A stretch of 64,000 bases of DNA from Cenarchaeum sp. (GTDB lineage: Archaea > Thermoproteota > Nitrososphaeria > Nitrososphaerales > Nitrosopumilaceae), in the NCBI GenBank assembly GCA_965206845.1, contig OZ242221.1, positions 1,408,001 through 1,472,000 of the forward strand. Reading direction: 5' to 3'. Of this stretch, positions 19,955-30,826 are shown piece by piece. Each line of letters begins with the position of its first letter. Position 1 is the stretch's first letter. The position numbers were made by a program, and so were the translations under genes. Under the pieces are notes generated by a model, which saw only the letters and a program-made list of their open reading frames with translations, had not been told where the DNA came from and did no database searches.

Positions 19955-21247
19955 CTACTTCGGCGGAATCTTGTACCAGGGCTTTCTTGGCATCAGGACC
20001 CATTTCACAATCAGAGAAGTGACGACTAGGTAGATCAGGATTCCAATCGGCTCTATCCAGTTTGGATCGTTTGTGCCGGGGAGTATTCCCAAGGCGGGCT
20101 CTACGGCGTAGACGAATATCAGTCCGGCCATCAGTGGCGCCATTGCGACAAAGAATATCATGAGAGACCACGTGTCCCGGATTGCCCTTACCAGATCCCT
20201 GTATGTCCCGTGCGGCTGCTTCCACTTGTTCGGCCCAACCCATGACTGCATTCCGCCCGCATACCAGTACACCATGCCCTGCAACAGCATCGCACCGATA
20301 ATGTTGCCGAGCGTTACGGGAACGAGGTTCTTGAGCCATGCCTCTCCCCATGTATAGTCTGCACCGGCCCAGATTCCCGCAGGCAGGGCAAAGTGGTTTA
20401 CTATGCTGTGCTCGAACCCGGTGGCAAAGAATATGGATACGGGTATGCCGATCAGGACAATCTTGGCAATGACCTCCTGGGTTCTAAACGCCCCCCACAC
20501 GCCCATGCCAATCATCCAGTTCGCAAAGATTCCCCTATAGAATAGCTGATCCCATTCAAGCACGTTGACCTTGGTATTGCCAATGCCTGCCAGCATTTCC
20601 ATCAATGCAGAGCCGGCAGGTCCAGCTTGATCTGCGCCAATAATTATCATCCACGAGATTACAAATCCAGCTACCCAGTGCCCAGAGTGGGTAATCGTCC
20701 ACTGCCACAGCACCTCCCGCCATTTGGCCTGGCCTGTCATCAGCGATATTCCCGAGGTCATATAATCCCCGGTTACAAGGTTGGAGCCATAGATGATCAC
20801 AAGGGCTAGAGCGGAGAAGCCAAATACGCCAAACATCAGGAACTTTCCAAGTCCGGGTGAGAGATCCGGTGCGACCGTGGACATTATCATCCACGAGAAG
20901 AATGCCGCAAAGGCGAGGTAGCTCATTGACTGCCAGCCCATGAGAATTCCCTGCGCGGGGTTCACCTTGGTTTTGGCGAGTCCAAGATTGCTTAGCGTCT
21001 TTATCGTGTCTGCAATGCCAAGCAGTCCTGGCAACATGCGTGGTGGTGGTGGTGTTTCTTCAGTGGCACTTTCTGCCTGTGCAGAGGATGCAGGAGTGCC
21101 AAGGCTAGCTGCGTTTGCAACGGGCGGCGGTGTTGCCTTGGCCGGGGGCATTGACGGTGCAGAGGGGGTTGAAGGCGTTGCAATGGCGCCCAAACCAGCG
21201 GTTGATACGGCGCCAGGCACGTTTATTATATCACCGGGGGTACTCAT
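19955..21247 (-). CDS. Formate/nitrite transporter (FNT) family protein, candidate cyanate transporter
   Basis: GSNLVTGD, GIFANWMI, GFEHSIVN and NLVPVTLGNIIG FNT motifs; Pro/Ala-rich N-tail and extra C-terminal helices. Confidence 0.92.
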   Translation of the reverse strand: MSTPGDIINVPGAVSTAGLGAIATPSTPSAPSMPPAKATPPPVANAASLGTPASSAQAESATEETPPPPRMLPGLLGIADTIKTLSNLGLAKTKVNPAQGILMGWQSMSYLAFAAFFSWMIMSTVAPDLSPGLGKFLMFGVFGFSALALVIIYGSNLVTGDYMTSGISLMTGQAKWREVLWQWTITHSGHWVAGFVISWMIIIGADQAGPAGSALMEMLAGIGNTKVNVLEWDQLFYRGIFANWMIGMGVWGAFRTQEVIAKIVLIGIPVSIFFATGFEHSIVNHFALPAGIWAGADYTWGEAWLKNLVPVTLGNIIGAMLLQGMVYWYAGGMQSWVGPNKWKQPHGTYRDLVRAIRDTWSLMIFFVAMAPLMAGLIFVYAVEPALGILPGTNDPNWIEPIGILIYLVVTSLIVKWVLMPRKPWYKIPPK

Positions 21248-21874
21248 TCTTAGAACAATTATTCCGTTTAGCGAATTAAGTGTTAGTCGTTATGTTAGTT
21301 TATCTAGTCCAAAAAATACAATTCCTGCCATCCGGGCATCCAAGACGATGGAGGCACACTCCTTGGTACTGGCACCGCGGCCAGGCAGAATTACGTAACA
21401 GCTCCTCTTAGTGGTGTCTTGTGCGCATGTTTGTGGATGCCACACTGGCTGTTCCCACATGCGAGACCTGCGGCGGCTGTATCGTGCCATGGGCATATCC
21501 GTTGGCACACCTGCGCGCCGCACCATGCCCTTAATCTCGGTTCGTTTGTACCGAGTTCCATCTCATGGCCCTTCTGCCTGTTGTCGGTCTTCTGATGCCT
21601 GCCAAAATCTGGCAGATGTCCAGGCTCTGTGGACTCCTTTCCAAACCCCGATGTGCCTTTTCTGCCTCTGGTGCATTGGAATGGAGCCGCGGCCGGCTGC
21701 AACCAGAGCCAGTTTGCAGCCCAGACGGGGACTGATTCACCCCAATGCCTCTCAAAAATTGTCCAACGCGGTGCCTTAACCTGAAAGTTACCAGACATCG
21801 GGTAATCTTATAGGCATAACTCTCACGTTTTTTCCTTAAAAGCAAATTAATCAGTATGGTGCTTTCTAAAACAA

Positions 21875-22852
21875 TTGTTTGTTAATCCATACTTGCTACT
21901 GGCATCCACTCTGTTCTTGATGCCGTTTGCGATGACCGAGGTTCTGGGAAGCGTAGTCATCAACGAGATTGAGTTTGATCCGGCTGGAGGGGAGGCCCAG
22001 TGGATCGAACTGCACAACCCAACCAACTCATCTGTGTCCTTGGATGGTTTTGAGCTGCAACTCCATGACGGCAATGCGGCCGTGGCGACTATTCCCGTTC
22101 CTCTTTTCTCTGGGGACACGCTTCGGCCGGGGGGATATTACGTGGTGCCCATGGGCGACTCCCTGCAGCATTTTTCTGATGAGGTGCAGAACCTTGCCGC
22201 CGTACTGTCCTTTGAAATGAAGACTTTGGACAACGTCCAAGGACTAAACGACGCACTTGGAAGTGACAAAACCTGGCAGCGGTTTCCCGACGGGACAGAT
22301 TCTGGGACATTCGGAGACTGGACATTCAGGGCTGCTACAAAGGGGCTGGATAATGGCAATTTGGGCCAGGTGGTGGCTGAATGCACCCTTGACCCGTTTT
22401 GCTGGGGGAAGCTGGACGTATTTTTTCATAACGAGCACCCTATCCAAGCCGACGGGCGTCTTTTCTTGATCGAGACCTTCTATGACTCGAAGAGGATAGA
22501 GGCGGATTTTGTTCTCGAGGAGAAAAAGATTCTGATATCGCTGATTTCTCCAGATTTTCCACAGCTGGGGGCGAGCTCGCCATTCTTGCATGTGACCATC
22601 CCTGACGAGCTTTTGGGCGGCTCGTATTCTGTCCTTGCAGACGGCGAACCAAAACCGTTCCATCAGATAGCCAATCAGACAAACACCCGCCTGATTATCG
22701 ATCACTTGGCAGACGAGAAGCTCATAGAGATTATGGGCACAAGGGTCATTCCTGAATTTCCAGTGGGATCCCTGATGGTGGTCACAGTTTCGGTCTTTTC
22801 CATACTGGTCCTATGCCGCTGCTGCGGTTCAAAATATTTTTGGAAGGTATAG
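21875..22852 (+). CDS. Secreted lamin-tail-domain protein with PEF-type C-terminal sorting signal
   Basis: Signal peptide; VVINEIEFDP..QWIELHNP..L.PGGYYVV LTD motif; GTRVIPEFP followed by a TM helix and basic tail. Confidence 0.85.
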   Translation: MFVNPYLLLASTLFLMPFAMTEVLGSVVINEIEFDPAGGEAQWIELHNPTNSSVSLDGFELQLHDGNAAVATIPVPLFSGDTLRPGGYYVVPMGDSLQHFSDEVQNLAAVLSFEMKTLDNVQGLNDALGSDKTWQRFPDGTDSGTFGDWTFRAATKGLDNGNLGQVVAECTLDPFCWGKLDVFFHNEHPIQADGRLFLIETFYDSKRIEADFVLEEKKILISLISPDFPQLGASSPFLHVTIPDELLGGSYSVLADGEPKPFHQIANQTNTRLIIDHLADEKLIEIMGTRVIPEFPVGSLMVVTVSVFSILVLCRCCGSKYFWKV

Positions 22853-23279
22853 GCCACCCATGGCATCTATTGTGGCATAACAGTCGGCATGCGGACGAAA
22901 TTCGGCCTGTCCTTGGAGTGTATTGGAAGGCTGCTTCTTCTGGCATGCGGGCGCGGATTCTCCCCGACAAGTGTGACTATCACACCAATCAGGAAGGCAG
23001 TCTCGCGGGAGTGTTCCAAGCGGCGGTCCGGCCAGTAATGCGGATGTCTGCAGTGCCTGTCCATTGCGGCATATGCGCGGCTGCAGTCAAGTAGTGTGAT
23101 AGGTAGGCTCTGGCGTGCTCAGGGAGGGATATCGCAGTAACCATGCCCTAAGATAAACTGTTATTGGTTAGCATACAGTGTAAAGGTATTATGCAATGTG
23201 AAGGGGGAAACACTTTCTGGATTTCCCATCGTTTTTAGCCATCAGGAAGGATTTTTTAAACCTCAGCCATGCACGAAGC

Positions 23280-25034
23280 TTGGATTTTTTTGGATTCTCC
23301 TATCTGAAAAAATGGGTAATCATCGGGACGATGATAGGAATTGTTGCGGGTCTTGGTTCGGTGGCCTTTTTTCTTATGCTCCAGGCGGCAACATTTGTCT
23401 TCCTAGGCCTTGGGGCAGGTTATGTCCCTCCAAATTTTGAGATAATCGCCACATCGTACACCTCTGTTGCCGAAAGACCGTGGATGATTCCCCTGATCAC
23501 CGGCGGCGGGGGTCTTGTAGTGGGGTTGCTTACAACCAGGTTTGCTCCAGAGTCTGCAGGACACGGAACCGAGGCCGTGATAGATGCGTTTCATAACAAA
23601 GAAGGGGTAATACGCCCTCGGATTCCACTACTGAAGGCTGTAACCGCCTCGATAACAATAGGCACTGGTGGGAGCGGGGGAAGGGAGGGGCCGGCAGCCC
23701 AAATTGCCGCCGGCTTTGGCTCAATAGTCAGCAGGCTTCTAAAACTGGGCGTCGAGGATCGCAGAATTGCAGTGGCAACGGGACTTGGGGCCGGAATTGG
23801 AAGCTTGTTCAAGGCTCCCCTTGGCGCAGCCCTGCTAAGCACGGAAATCTTCTACCGCCGGGATTTTGAGGTCAGGGCCCTGCTTCCGGCGCTGATTGCA
23901 TCTGTAACCGGGTTCGTAATATTTGGCTCAGTTTTTGGATGGCTCCCGATATTTTCAATATCTGAATCCGCCGCGGAGTTCAACCAGCCCCTGCACTTCA
24001 TACTGTATGCCGTAGTCGGGGTCTGCTGTGCAGTGACAGGCAGGCTGTACGTGACCTCTTTTTATGGAATCCAGGACCTCTTTCAAAAATGGAGCATTCC
24101 CAGATTCATCAAACCTGCCATAGGCGGACTGCTGGTGGGAATTATCGGCATGTTTCTTCCCCAGATTTTAGGCGGGGGGTACGGGTGGCTGCAGGTGGGG
24201 ATATTTGACGATGTGAAGCTGTTCCCAATTTGGATTCTAATAGCCATTCTGCTTCTCAAGATTCTGGCCACCTCCCTGTCCATAGGATCCGGCGGAAGTG
24301 CCGGCGTCTTTGGACCCGGCCTGGTAATAGGGGGGTTTGTAGGTGCAGTAGTGGGGGAGATCTTTCACTCGTTTGCCCTGTTTACGGACATCCAGATTTC
24401 AACGATAGCCATTGTCAGCATGATTGCGTTTTTTGGAGCCGTCTCCAAGGCCCCAATCTCGACCATAATCATGGGCAGTGAAATGACGGGAGGATATGCA
24501 TTGCTGCCAGCCATGATTCTTGCCTCTGTGGTCTCCTATGGGCTGATTGGCTTGAAGTCCAGCATATACAGGAGTCAGCCAATGGACAGGACAGAGTCCC
24601 CGGCACACAAGCACGAATACCACGCCCTGCTAAAAAAGCGCCCAATCAGTGATGCCATTGACATCAGTTTCAATAAGATACGCCATGACAGGACAGTGGG
24701 TGAGGCAATTCAGATCTTGAAGGACTCAAAACCAGACAGCATTGCAATAGTCGATGCCGACGGCAAATACGTCGGTTTTGCGGACTCGGATGGCCTGGCG
24801 AAACTGGGCAGTCCGGATGCTCTCCTGTCGGAGATAATTCCGTCAATTGTGGCTGCGCCAGGGGTTGGCACCGGGGATTCCCTGTACGATGCGGTCAAAA
24901 AAATGTCTGATTCAAAGATGATGGAACTGCCGGTCATAAGCGAGGAGAATGTCGTGGTGGGGACAGTCTCCATGTCCGGCATTATGGAGGCATACGATCA
25001 AAAGCTTGCAGATTCGGATGATGTGAGGGACTAA
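23280..25034 (+). CDS. ClC chloride channel/antiporter with C-terminal CBS pair
   Basis: GHGTE, GREGP and GVFGP motifs; multiple TM helices; two CBS domains. Confidence 0.93.
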   Translation: MDFFGFSYLKKWVIIGTMIGIVAGLGSVAFFLMLQAATFVFLGLGAGYVPPNFEIIATSYTSVAERPWMIPLITGGGGLVVGLLTTRFAPESAGHGTEAVIDAFHNKEGVIRPRIPLLKAVTASITIGTGGSGGREGPAAQIAAGFGSIVSRLLKLGVEDRRIAVATGLGAGIGSLFKAPLGAALLSTEIFYRRDFEVRALLPALIASVTGFVIFGSVFGWLPIFSISESAAEFNQPLHFILYAVVGVCCAVTGRLYVTSFYGIQDLFQKWSIPRFIKPAIGGLLVGIIGMFLPQILGGGYGWLQVGIFDDVKLFPIWILIAILLLKILATSLSIGSGGSAGVFGPGLVIGGFVGAVVGEIFHSFALFTDIQISTIAIVSMIAFFGAVSKAPISTIIMGSEMTGGYALLPAMILASVVSYGLIGLKSSIYRSQPMDRTESPAHKHEYHALLKKRPISDAIDISFNKIRHDRTVGEAIQILKDSKPDSIAIVDADGKYVGFADSDGLAKLGSPDALLSEIIPSIVAAPGVGTGDSLYDAVKKMSDSKMMELPVISEENVVVGTVSMSGIMEAYDQKLADSDDVRD

Positions 25035-25114
25035 ACCCCACGGCAGCATGATGTGCCAGCAGACTTGTCGACCCTGTACCGGATCGGGCACGATACCGCA
25101 ACGTCTGGGTGGGT

Positions 25115-25136
25115 GAATAAAAAAAATAAAAAAAAT
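25115..25136 (-). terminator. Poly-T archaeal terminator downstream of cynS
   Basis: Long A-run on + strand (T-run on - strand) immediately after the stop codon. Confidence 0.6.
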
Positions 25137-25141
25137 GGGTG

Positions 25142-25726
25142 TTAAGACACGAAGGCCTTGAAGTTTAGCCACTTTCCGTCCATGACGATCGTGACTCTTT
25201 CGTTGATCTGCGGAGTTGCCTCCTGGAGCGTCATTTCAGGCAGTGTGTTGCCTTCTGAGCGCCTAAACATATGGAAGCTGAAGTCTATTGCACTCATAAT
25301 TCCGTCGTTTCCACGTCCCGGCGCGTCGCCTGGTAGTGAGAACGTTGCGAAGAGTTCACCGATGATCTCCCTTATCGGATCCCCATAGTTTGCAAGTACT
25401 TCAATCAACCTGTAGTTGAAGGGATCGTTTGGTATTTCTGCGAACTTTCTTACTGGCGGGCGATCATACTCTGCCGTTTGTTCAGCTGATAGGCCAAGGG
25501 TGTCACAAATTGCATGCCTGTCAGCCTCACTCGGGCGGTGTACTCCGTTGATAAACCCGGCAACAAATACGGGGTTCTTGTTTATCACTGCCGCCAATGA
25601 TTTTGTTCCTGGGGCTGTACCGGTGTAGGAAAAGCCTTTCTCTTCCATTGCCATCTTTGCAGCCGTTATTGTCTCATCAGATACTTTGAAGCTTGTCATT
25701 ACGAATGTGGAAGCAGATGTCCTCAT
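25142..25726 (-). CDS. cynS: Cyanate hydratase (cyanase), divergent with insertions
   Basis: PNDPFNYRLIE..YG, DGIMSAIDF and RVTIVMDGKWL match the cyanase catalytic domain (Arg, Glu, Ser retained); TTTAAA box about 25 bp upstream. Confidence 0.92.
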   Translation of the reverse strand: MRTSASTFVMTSFKVSDETITAAKMAMEEKGFSYTGTAPGTKSLAAVINKNPVFVAGFINGVHRPSEADRHAICDTLGLSAEQTAEYDRPPVRKFAEIPNDPFNYRLIEVLANYGDPIREIIGELFATFSLPGDAPGRGNDGIMSAIDFSFHMFRRSEGNTLPEMTLQEATPQINERVTIVMDGKWLNFKAFVS

Positions 25727-26980
25727 AACTTTACAGCCGCCACAAAACTTTAAACATCAATTATCGTGTTGCGCAACCAACATCGCAGAGAGGAGTGGCA
25801 TGACCGCGGCGACCGCCGCCTCCAAGATGCCACCTGCCGTGCACCGGGCGTTCAAGGAAAGAAAAGAGCATGTCCCGCATCGCTGCGGAGCCGCGTCCGC
25901 GCTGGCCCTATTGAGCGAAGTCCCAGTCTTTGCAATTGCGGCTTGCTCTAGCAAAAGGATGGAGGGGGACAGTGGGAAAATCCTCTAATGGGCATGTGCC
26001 AGAAATTCGTCCTACGGCCGACTGGCTAGCAGGCGCTCATTGCAGAGGATACCTCCCACATGCCAAAGACGCCTTGGGCGCTTGCCGGCCCAGAACATGG
26101 ATGTGGAACCACATCCCCACCCGAAGAGGATCGGCGGGATCAGAATGGCATGCAGCATACATTCTGGCGGCGTATGTATTCGGATCTGCCACAGGATCAG
26201 GATTATCGAAATAATCTATATGGTATTGTAATAAAGCATTGCTTTACCTAGAAACAGATAGAAAATTTAGCAATGAATATAGTGGGAATTACACCAGTAA
26301 TCCAGAGGTTGGGCAGCCCTGACGCATGCGGATCAATTGGCACGTCGTCGGGTTTACCTTGACACAAAGAGCATGCCTGCGCAAACTTTCATACGGTTCG
26401 ATGCAATGCGCTACGTTATGCAGCTATGTGCTGCAGGTAAATATCCCAAAATGGCGGCCTGGGAGTCTGCATCCGGATGACACCTTTGCACATTCTTAGG
26501 ATCCGGCCTCTCATTGAGACATTCCCAGATCTCTCGCCGGTTTGCAGCTGCGGCGTTACCTCAGTTCCGCCACACGGCACGCAGGCTCCGCTACATGCGG
26601 CGCCGGCTGTCTTCGCGCCTGGCAGGTAACTGCCGCTCTTACCATGTCGGATGCAGGTCTGCCGCCATTTATCTGGAATCGGGATCCCTCTGTGCTAGCT
26701 TGCCCCTTGACATGGAGATCATCCCTGGGCAGGCCGTGACTGCCTCGTTCATGCAGCCTACCACACCCAATGCGCGGGGCAGCTCTGTGCGCAGCAGGGT
26801 CTGCTCATGTCTGCCCATGCGTAGGCGCCGTATCCTTTGCGATCAGAGCCTTTTGGTCACATGCGGTGCACCAAGGTGGCATGACAGGCGTGTAGTACGA
26901 GTGGTGGGATCCAAACGGTAGCCTGCGGGACACAGCCGGCGCAGGCAAAAAGCTCAAATGCCGACACGGCAAAGTATGCT

Positions 26981-27682
26981 ATGCCATACCTCTTTGTGGA
27001 TATCGAGACCGTACCGAACCTGACTGCCGACGAGTATTTTGATCTCCGGCAGCAGGTCGACTCGGGCGCCATCTCAAAGGATACGGGGAACCGGGATCTG
27101 TTCTGGAAGTTCAAGAACGGGGCGCTCAACCCGCTGGACGGCAGGGTATCCATGATAACGTACAGCGTCGGCGGCTCCCACACCTTCCGGCTCAAGGAGT
27201 GGGAGCTGGGGGAACGGGAGACGTTGCTCCGGTTTTACCGCCTTCTGGGGGATCTGCTGCGGGGCACGGGCGAGACATGCACCATAGTGGGGCACAACGT
27301 GTTGAGCTTTGATCTGCTATTCCTGCACGGCAGGATGAGGCACCATGGCATCGACGACGACAAGTGGCTGTACCAGAGGGTATTTCGCGGGCCGGTAATA
27401 ATCGACCTGCTTCAGCTGCACCTTCCGCTGAACGGCTACCGGCTCAGGGGCCTCAAGCACGACGTCTTGGCCCATGCCTACGGATTTCAGGTCAAGTCCT
27501 CCACCGGGGCTGGAGCCATAGAACACTACTTTCAGGGAGACTATGACAGCATCCTACAGTACTCGGAGCGCGAGTTCATCTATCCTGATATGTTTGCAAA
27601 GATACAGAGGGACGGGCTGGTCACAAGGGAACAGCTGCAGGACTCGATCGAGCACTACAACCTGGAGCACGGGCTGACGTGA
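26981..27682 (+). CDS. DEDD 3'-5' exonuclease / RNase H-like domain protein
   Basis: VDIETVP, VGHNVLSFDL and IDL motifs. Confidence 0.8.
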   Translation: MPYLFVDIETVPNLTADEYFDLRQQVDSGAISKDTGNRDLFWKFKNGALNPLDGRVSMITYSVGGSHTFRLKEWELGERETLLRFYRLLGDLLRGTGETCTIVGHNVLSFDLLFLHGRMRHHGIDDDKWLYQRVFRGPVIIDLLQLHLPLNGYRLRGLKHDVLAHAYGFQVKSSTGAGAIEHYFQGDYDSILQYSEREFIYPDMFAKIQRDGLVTREQLQDSIEHYNLEHGLT

Positions 27683-27811
27683 GGCTACCTGCCGCACCAA
27701 CCCTGACGTAGAGATTCCCCGGAACGCGTGCATATGCGCCTAAATGCAGCAGAGCCTGACCTCATTCCACTTGGACGGTCCATGCAGAAAATGGCTAAAG
27801 TGGCGTGGCAA

Positions 27812-28501
27812 TCACGCAGGGCCGGCAGGTCTGGAGTCCGATTCCGCGTCAGGCTCCTCAATCTTGAGCTTCGTCATGGGGATCCTGCCCACCGGAATGA
27901 ACAGGAATATCAGTCCTGCAATCTTTGAGGATATGGAGACATAGTACAGGATGAATCCGGGAAAGACAAACGAGTACCACCCGATGAACTCCCCAAATGC
28001 CAGCAGCCCGAGGCCGGATCCCACCAGTATGGCCCCCTTCTTTCGGCTGGCAAAGTATGACATTATCGTCTCGATCGCCGCATATATCAGCAAGATGAAC
28101 GAGACGGAGCGGAATATGTACTCGATGTGTATGGTCGACACAAGAAACAGGGGCAGGACTCCCACGGACCTCAGGTATCTTGACTTGGGAAAGAACGACT
28201 TGATGCCGTGGGAGAACGCGATGAAAAAGTAGCCTACCGTCTGCATCACTATGCCCACCGTCTGGATTCCCCGGTTTATGCCCCCGTCATGAAACACAAA
28301 GTCCTCCAGCGTGAACCCGACCCAGACCACAAAGAATCCCGCACTGATCGAGAAGAACGCCACACTCAGGCGAAACAGCGTCGGGCTTCCGGTATTCCTG
28401 AATCCGATATACGACATTATTCCTATGACGAGGCCTACCAAAAATCCGATCAGGTTCAGTATGTTCTCAAAGAGAAACTCCAATGCGTCCCGTACGCACA
28501 T
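27812..28501 (-). CDS. Multi-pass membrane protein
   Basis: About seven hydrophobic segments; start uncertain. Confidence 0.75.
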   Translation of the reverse strand: MCVRDALEFLFENILNLIGFLVGLVIGIMSYIGFRNTGSPTLFRLSVAFFSISAGFFVVWVGFTLEDFVFHDGGINRGIQTVGIVMQTVGYFFIAFSHGIKSFFPKSRYLRSVGVLPLFLVSTIHIEYIFRSVSFILLIYAAIETIMSYFASRKKGAILVGSGLGLLAFGEFIGWYSFVFPGFILYYVSISSKIAGLIFLFIPVGRIPMTKLKIEEPDAESDSRPAGPA

Positions 28502-28763
28502 CTGTTTATTTTAGTTTGGGATTGGCCGGCCATCCGTCCAGCGCTCCGACGGCCTAGTCCTTTGCCGCCTTTGTATGGGGCCTGGGGTGCCGGGTTCCTG
28601 CGTGTCGGGCATCTGGCATGCCTGCCACGGCCCATCCCAAGGTGATAGCCACAGCGCCTGACGGCTGCAAAGCCGGACGTGAGCTCCGATGCCCCTTGCG
28701 CCCTACCGTGCGTCATGCGGCCCGCCGCGGCTGCTGCCATCAGGTTATATGAACACTGTCGGC

Positions 28764-29924
28764 CTAGTCTTGGCTACTGTCCTCCGCGTCTGCGCTCTCC
28801 ACCTTGTGCCTCTTGAACCTGCGGAATAGCACGGTGGCCGAGACCAGCGTTATGGCCAGGCCTATCAGCAGCGGCGGAACCAGAGTAAACGAGCTCTCAT
28901 CGTGCAGCAGGGTGCCGACGAACTGGAAGACAGTGGGGTACAGCGCTCCCAACACTATCAGCCTCAGCAGGTCGATGAACTGGCTCCGGTTGTCGGTCAT
29001 CCAGTTGCTCAGCAAGGTGCCTGCAAATATGGATCCCAGCCCGATCCAGAGTATCGGAAGGGCGCCTGATGCGAACTGTCCCACGATGGTCTGGTTGGTG
29101 ATTGCGTTGATCAGCCATGCGTCCCCAACGTCGACTGGTGTCTCGACCTGCGCGATTCCCGCTGGAATTGATGACAGGATCAGGATTGCGCCTGCAATGA
29201 ACGTGAATATCCTCACAAACCCTGCCGGCGTGGGCTTGGTCCACTTGGCCCAGGCTCTGTCGATGTCAAACGCTCTGACGATGAACGCGCCACCCAGTAT
29301 GCTGGCCAGCACGGCCAGGATCTCTGTGGTGTACCCCAGCACGGTGGAGACCCCGGCGATGAGGAGCAGTATGCCCGGTACCCCCAGAAAGAACTTGGAG
29401 TACTTCGAGTCGTAGACGATCGTCTTTAGGTACCTGCCAAACACTGCGTACGAGTACTCGACACTCCTGCTGACCTTCATGACGACCCTTTGAACCGATA
29501 TGACCGGGAGTATGTTCTGCACCGAGGGAATCACGCTCTCGTCGTCCTCGCCGTCAGAGACGATCACCGCGCCGTCGGCTGCGAACTTTTCCAGGGCGGC
29601 TTTTATCTCCCGCGCAATCTTCTGGTCTGCCTCGATTCCCCTTCTGGACACTCCGGCTACTGTGATTACTTGGGCCTCGTATCCCCTACTTACAAGATCC
29701 TCGTACGTCTTGATGGCGGCAAAGATCGAGTTCGAGTCGGCATCCTCGGGATCCTCCAGGGCCAGCCGCTGGGCCGCCTCGATGCAGGCATCCCTTCCCA
29801 CCGCGGGTGTGATGATGCCCGTCTTGTCGCCTACGTCATTGTCCCTGTCAACGCAGATAACAAGCAGCTTGCTGGCAGACGAGGCGTGAACGTCCTTCTC
29901 TACTTTGTCGGCCGTTTGAGACAC
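28764..29924 (-). CDS. DUF373 family membrane protein
   Basis: LVICVDRDNDVG, DPEDADSN and SDGEDDE motifs with C-terminal TM helices. Confidence 0.9.
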   Translation of the reverse strand: MSQTADKVEKDVHASSASKLLVICVDRDNDVGDKTGIITPAVGRDACIEAAQRLALEDPEDADSNSIFAAIKTYEDLVSRGYEAQVITVAGVSRRGIEADQKIAREIKAALEKFAADGAVIVSDGEDDESVIPSVQNILPVISVQRVVMKVSRSVEYSYAVFGRYLKTIVYDSKYSKFFLGVPGILLLIAGVSTVLGYTTEILAVLASILGGAFIVRAFDIDRAWAKWTKPTPAGFVRIFTFIAGAILILSSIPAGIAQVETPVDVGDAWLINAITNQTIVGQFASGALPILWIGLGSIFAGTLLSNWMTDNRSQFIDLLRLIVLGALYPTVFQFVGTLLHDESSFTLVPPLLIGLAITLVSATVLFRRFKRHKVESADAEDSSQD

Positions 29925-29989
29925 TGTATCTTGGTGCCGTTTGTCTCTTTTTAATCATTTCCTATAATTCCAATTAGTAGAGATGTGTC

Positions 29990-30568
29990 TTACGGTCTCG
30001 CACCATCAGATAGCTCGACAAGCCCCTCCATCTGCTCCCTGTACCCCTCGGCGCCGCTTATGATGCTGGAGAGCTCCTGCTCGGATCCGCCCTCCTGCAC
30101 CAGCTTGGCGTACACTATGGTCTCCCGTATGTATGAGTTAAAGTTCCTCAGCGAGTCGGCGTATGCGGCGTAGCTGGCCACCCATTTCTCCGCGGGGCTG
30201 CTGGATATCAGACCGGTTATCTGGGCGCTGCTCTGGCTTGTCGCCGTCTCGGCCATGCCGACATATTCCGCCGGGTCGAGGCTTCCGCTGACTACCATCT
30301 TAAAGTCCTCCTTCAGGCTGGCGTCTAGAGTGCGATGGATCGCCTTTGTGGCATCCAGGTGGCCCTCAAAGTCCGTCACGTTGAATGCGGTCTGGCTGTT
30401 CTGCGGAATGTACCACACAATAAAGCTGGCAGCCGTGATCACGATCAGGATTGCCGCTGTTATGACAACCCCCTTTCTTGGCGCCATGTGTTTCGGGGTG
30501 CGTTGTGCGTATTTATACTTGGGGCTGTCCTGCCCGGTGGAGCCGTGAGCCTGCTTGGCCGCGCTCAA
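29990..30568 (-). CDS. Membrane-anchored hypothetical protein
   Basis: Single TM helix GVVITAAILIVITAASFIVW followed by a helical domain. Confidence 0.7.
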   Translation of the reverse strand: MSAAKQAHGSTGQDSPKYKYAQRTPKHMAPRKGVVITAAILIVITAASFIVWYIPQNSQTAFNVTDFEGHLDATKAIHRTLDASLKEDFKMVVSGSLDPAEYVGMAETATSQSSAQITGLISSSPAEKWVASYAAYADSLRNFNSYIRETIVYAKLVQEGGSEQELSSIISGAEGYREQMEGLVELSDGARP

Positions 30569-30826
30569 GCGTACGTTCCTTCAAAAAGCATCCTGCACGG
30601 AGCCCGCGGGCACGCACGGAGCGCGAGGAAGCGGTGGCGCCGGGGGCGGCCCGCTACCACAGGCAAGCTCCACCGTCACTGCCGTATCTCCACGACATCT
30701 GGCTGTATGGGCGACAGGCTCTGATGTCTGCCCCTAACCGTCTTGTCTTGCTTAAAATATTGAGCACAAAGTTAACTATTTTTCACTGACACTTTCTAAA
30801 TAGGGCTGTTTCCATTGTCTATTAGA

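Noticed and set aside
25760-26950. Short ORFs upstream of cynS
   Set aside because: No motifs or consistent coding signal; probably decayed intergenic DNA
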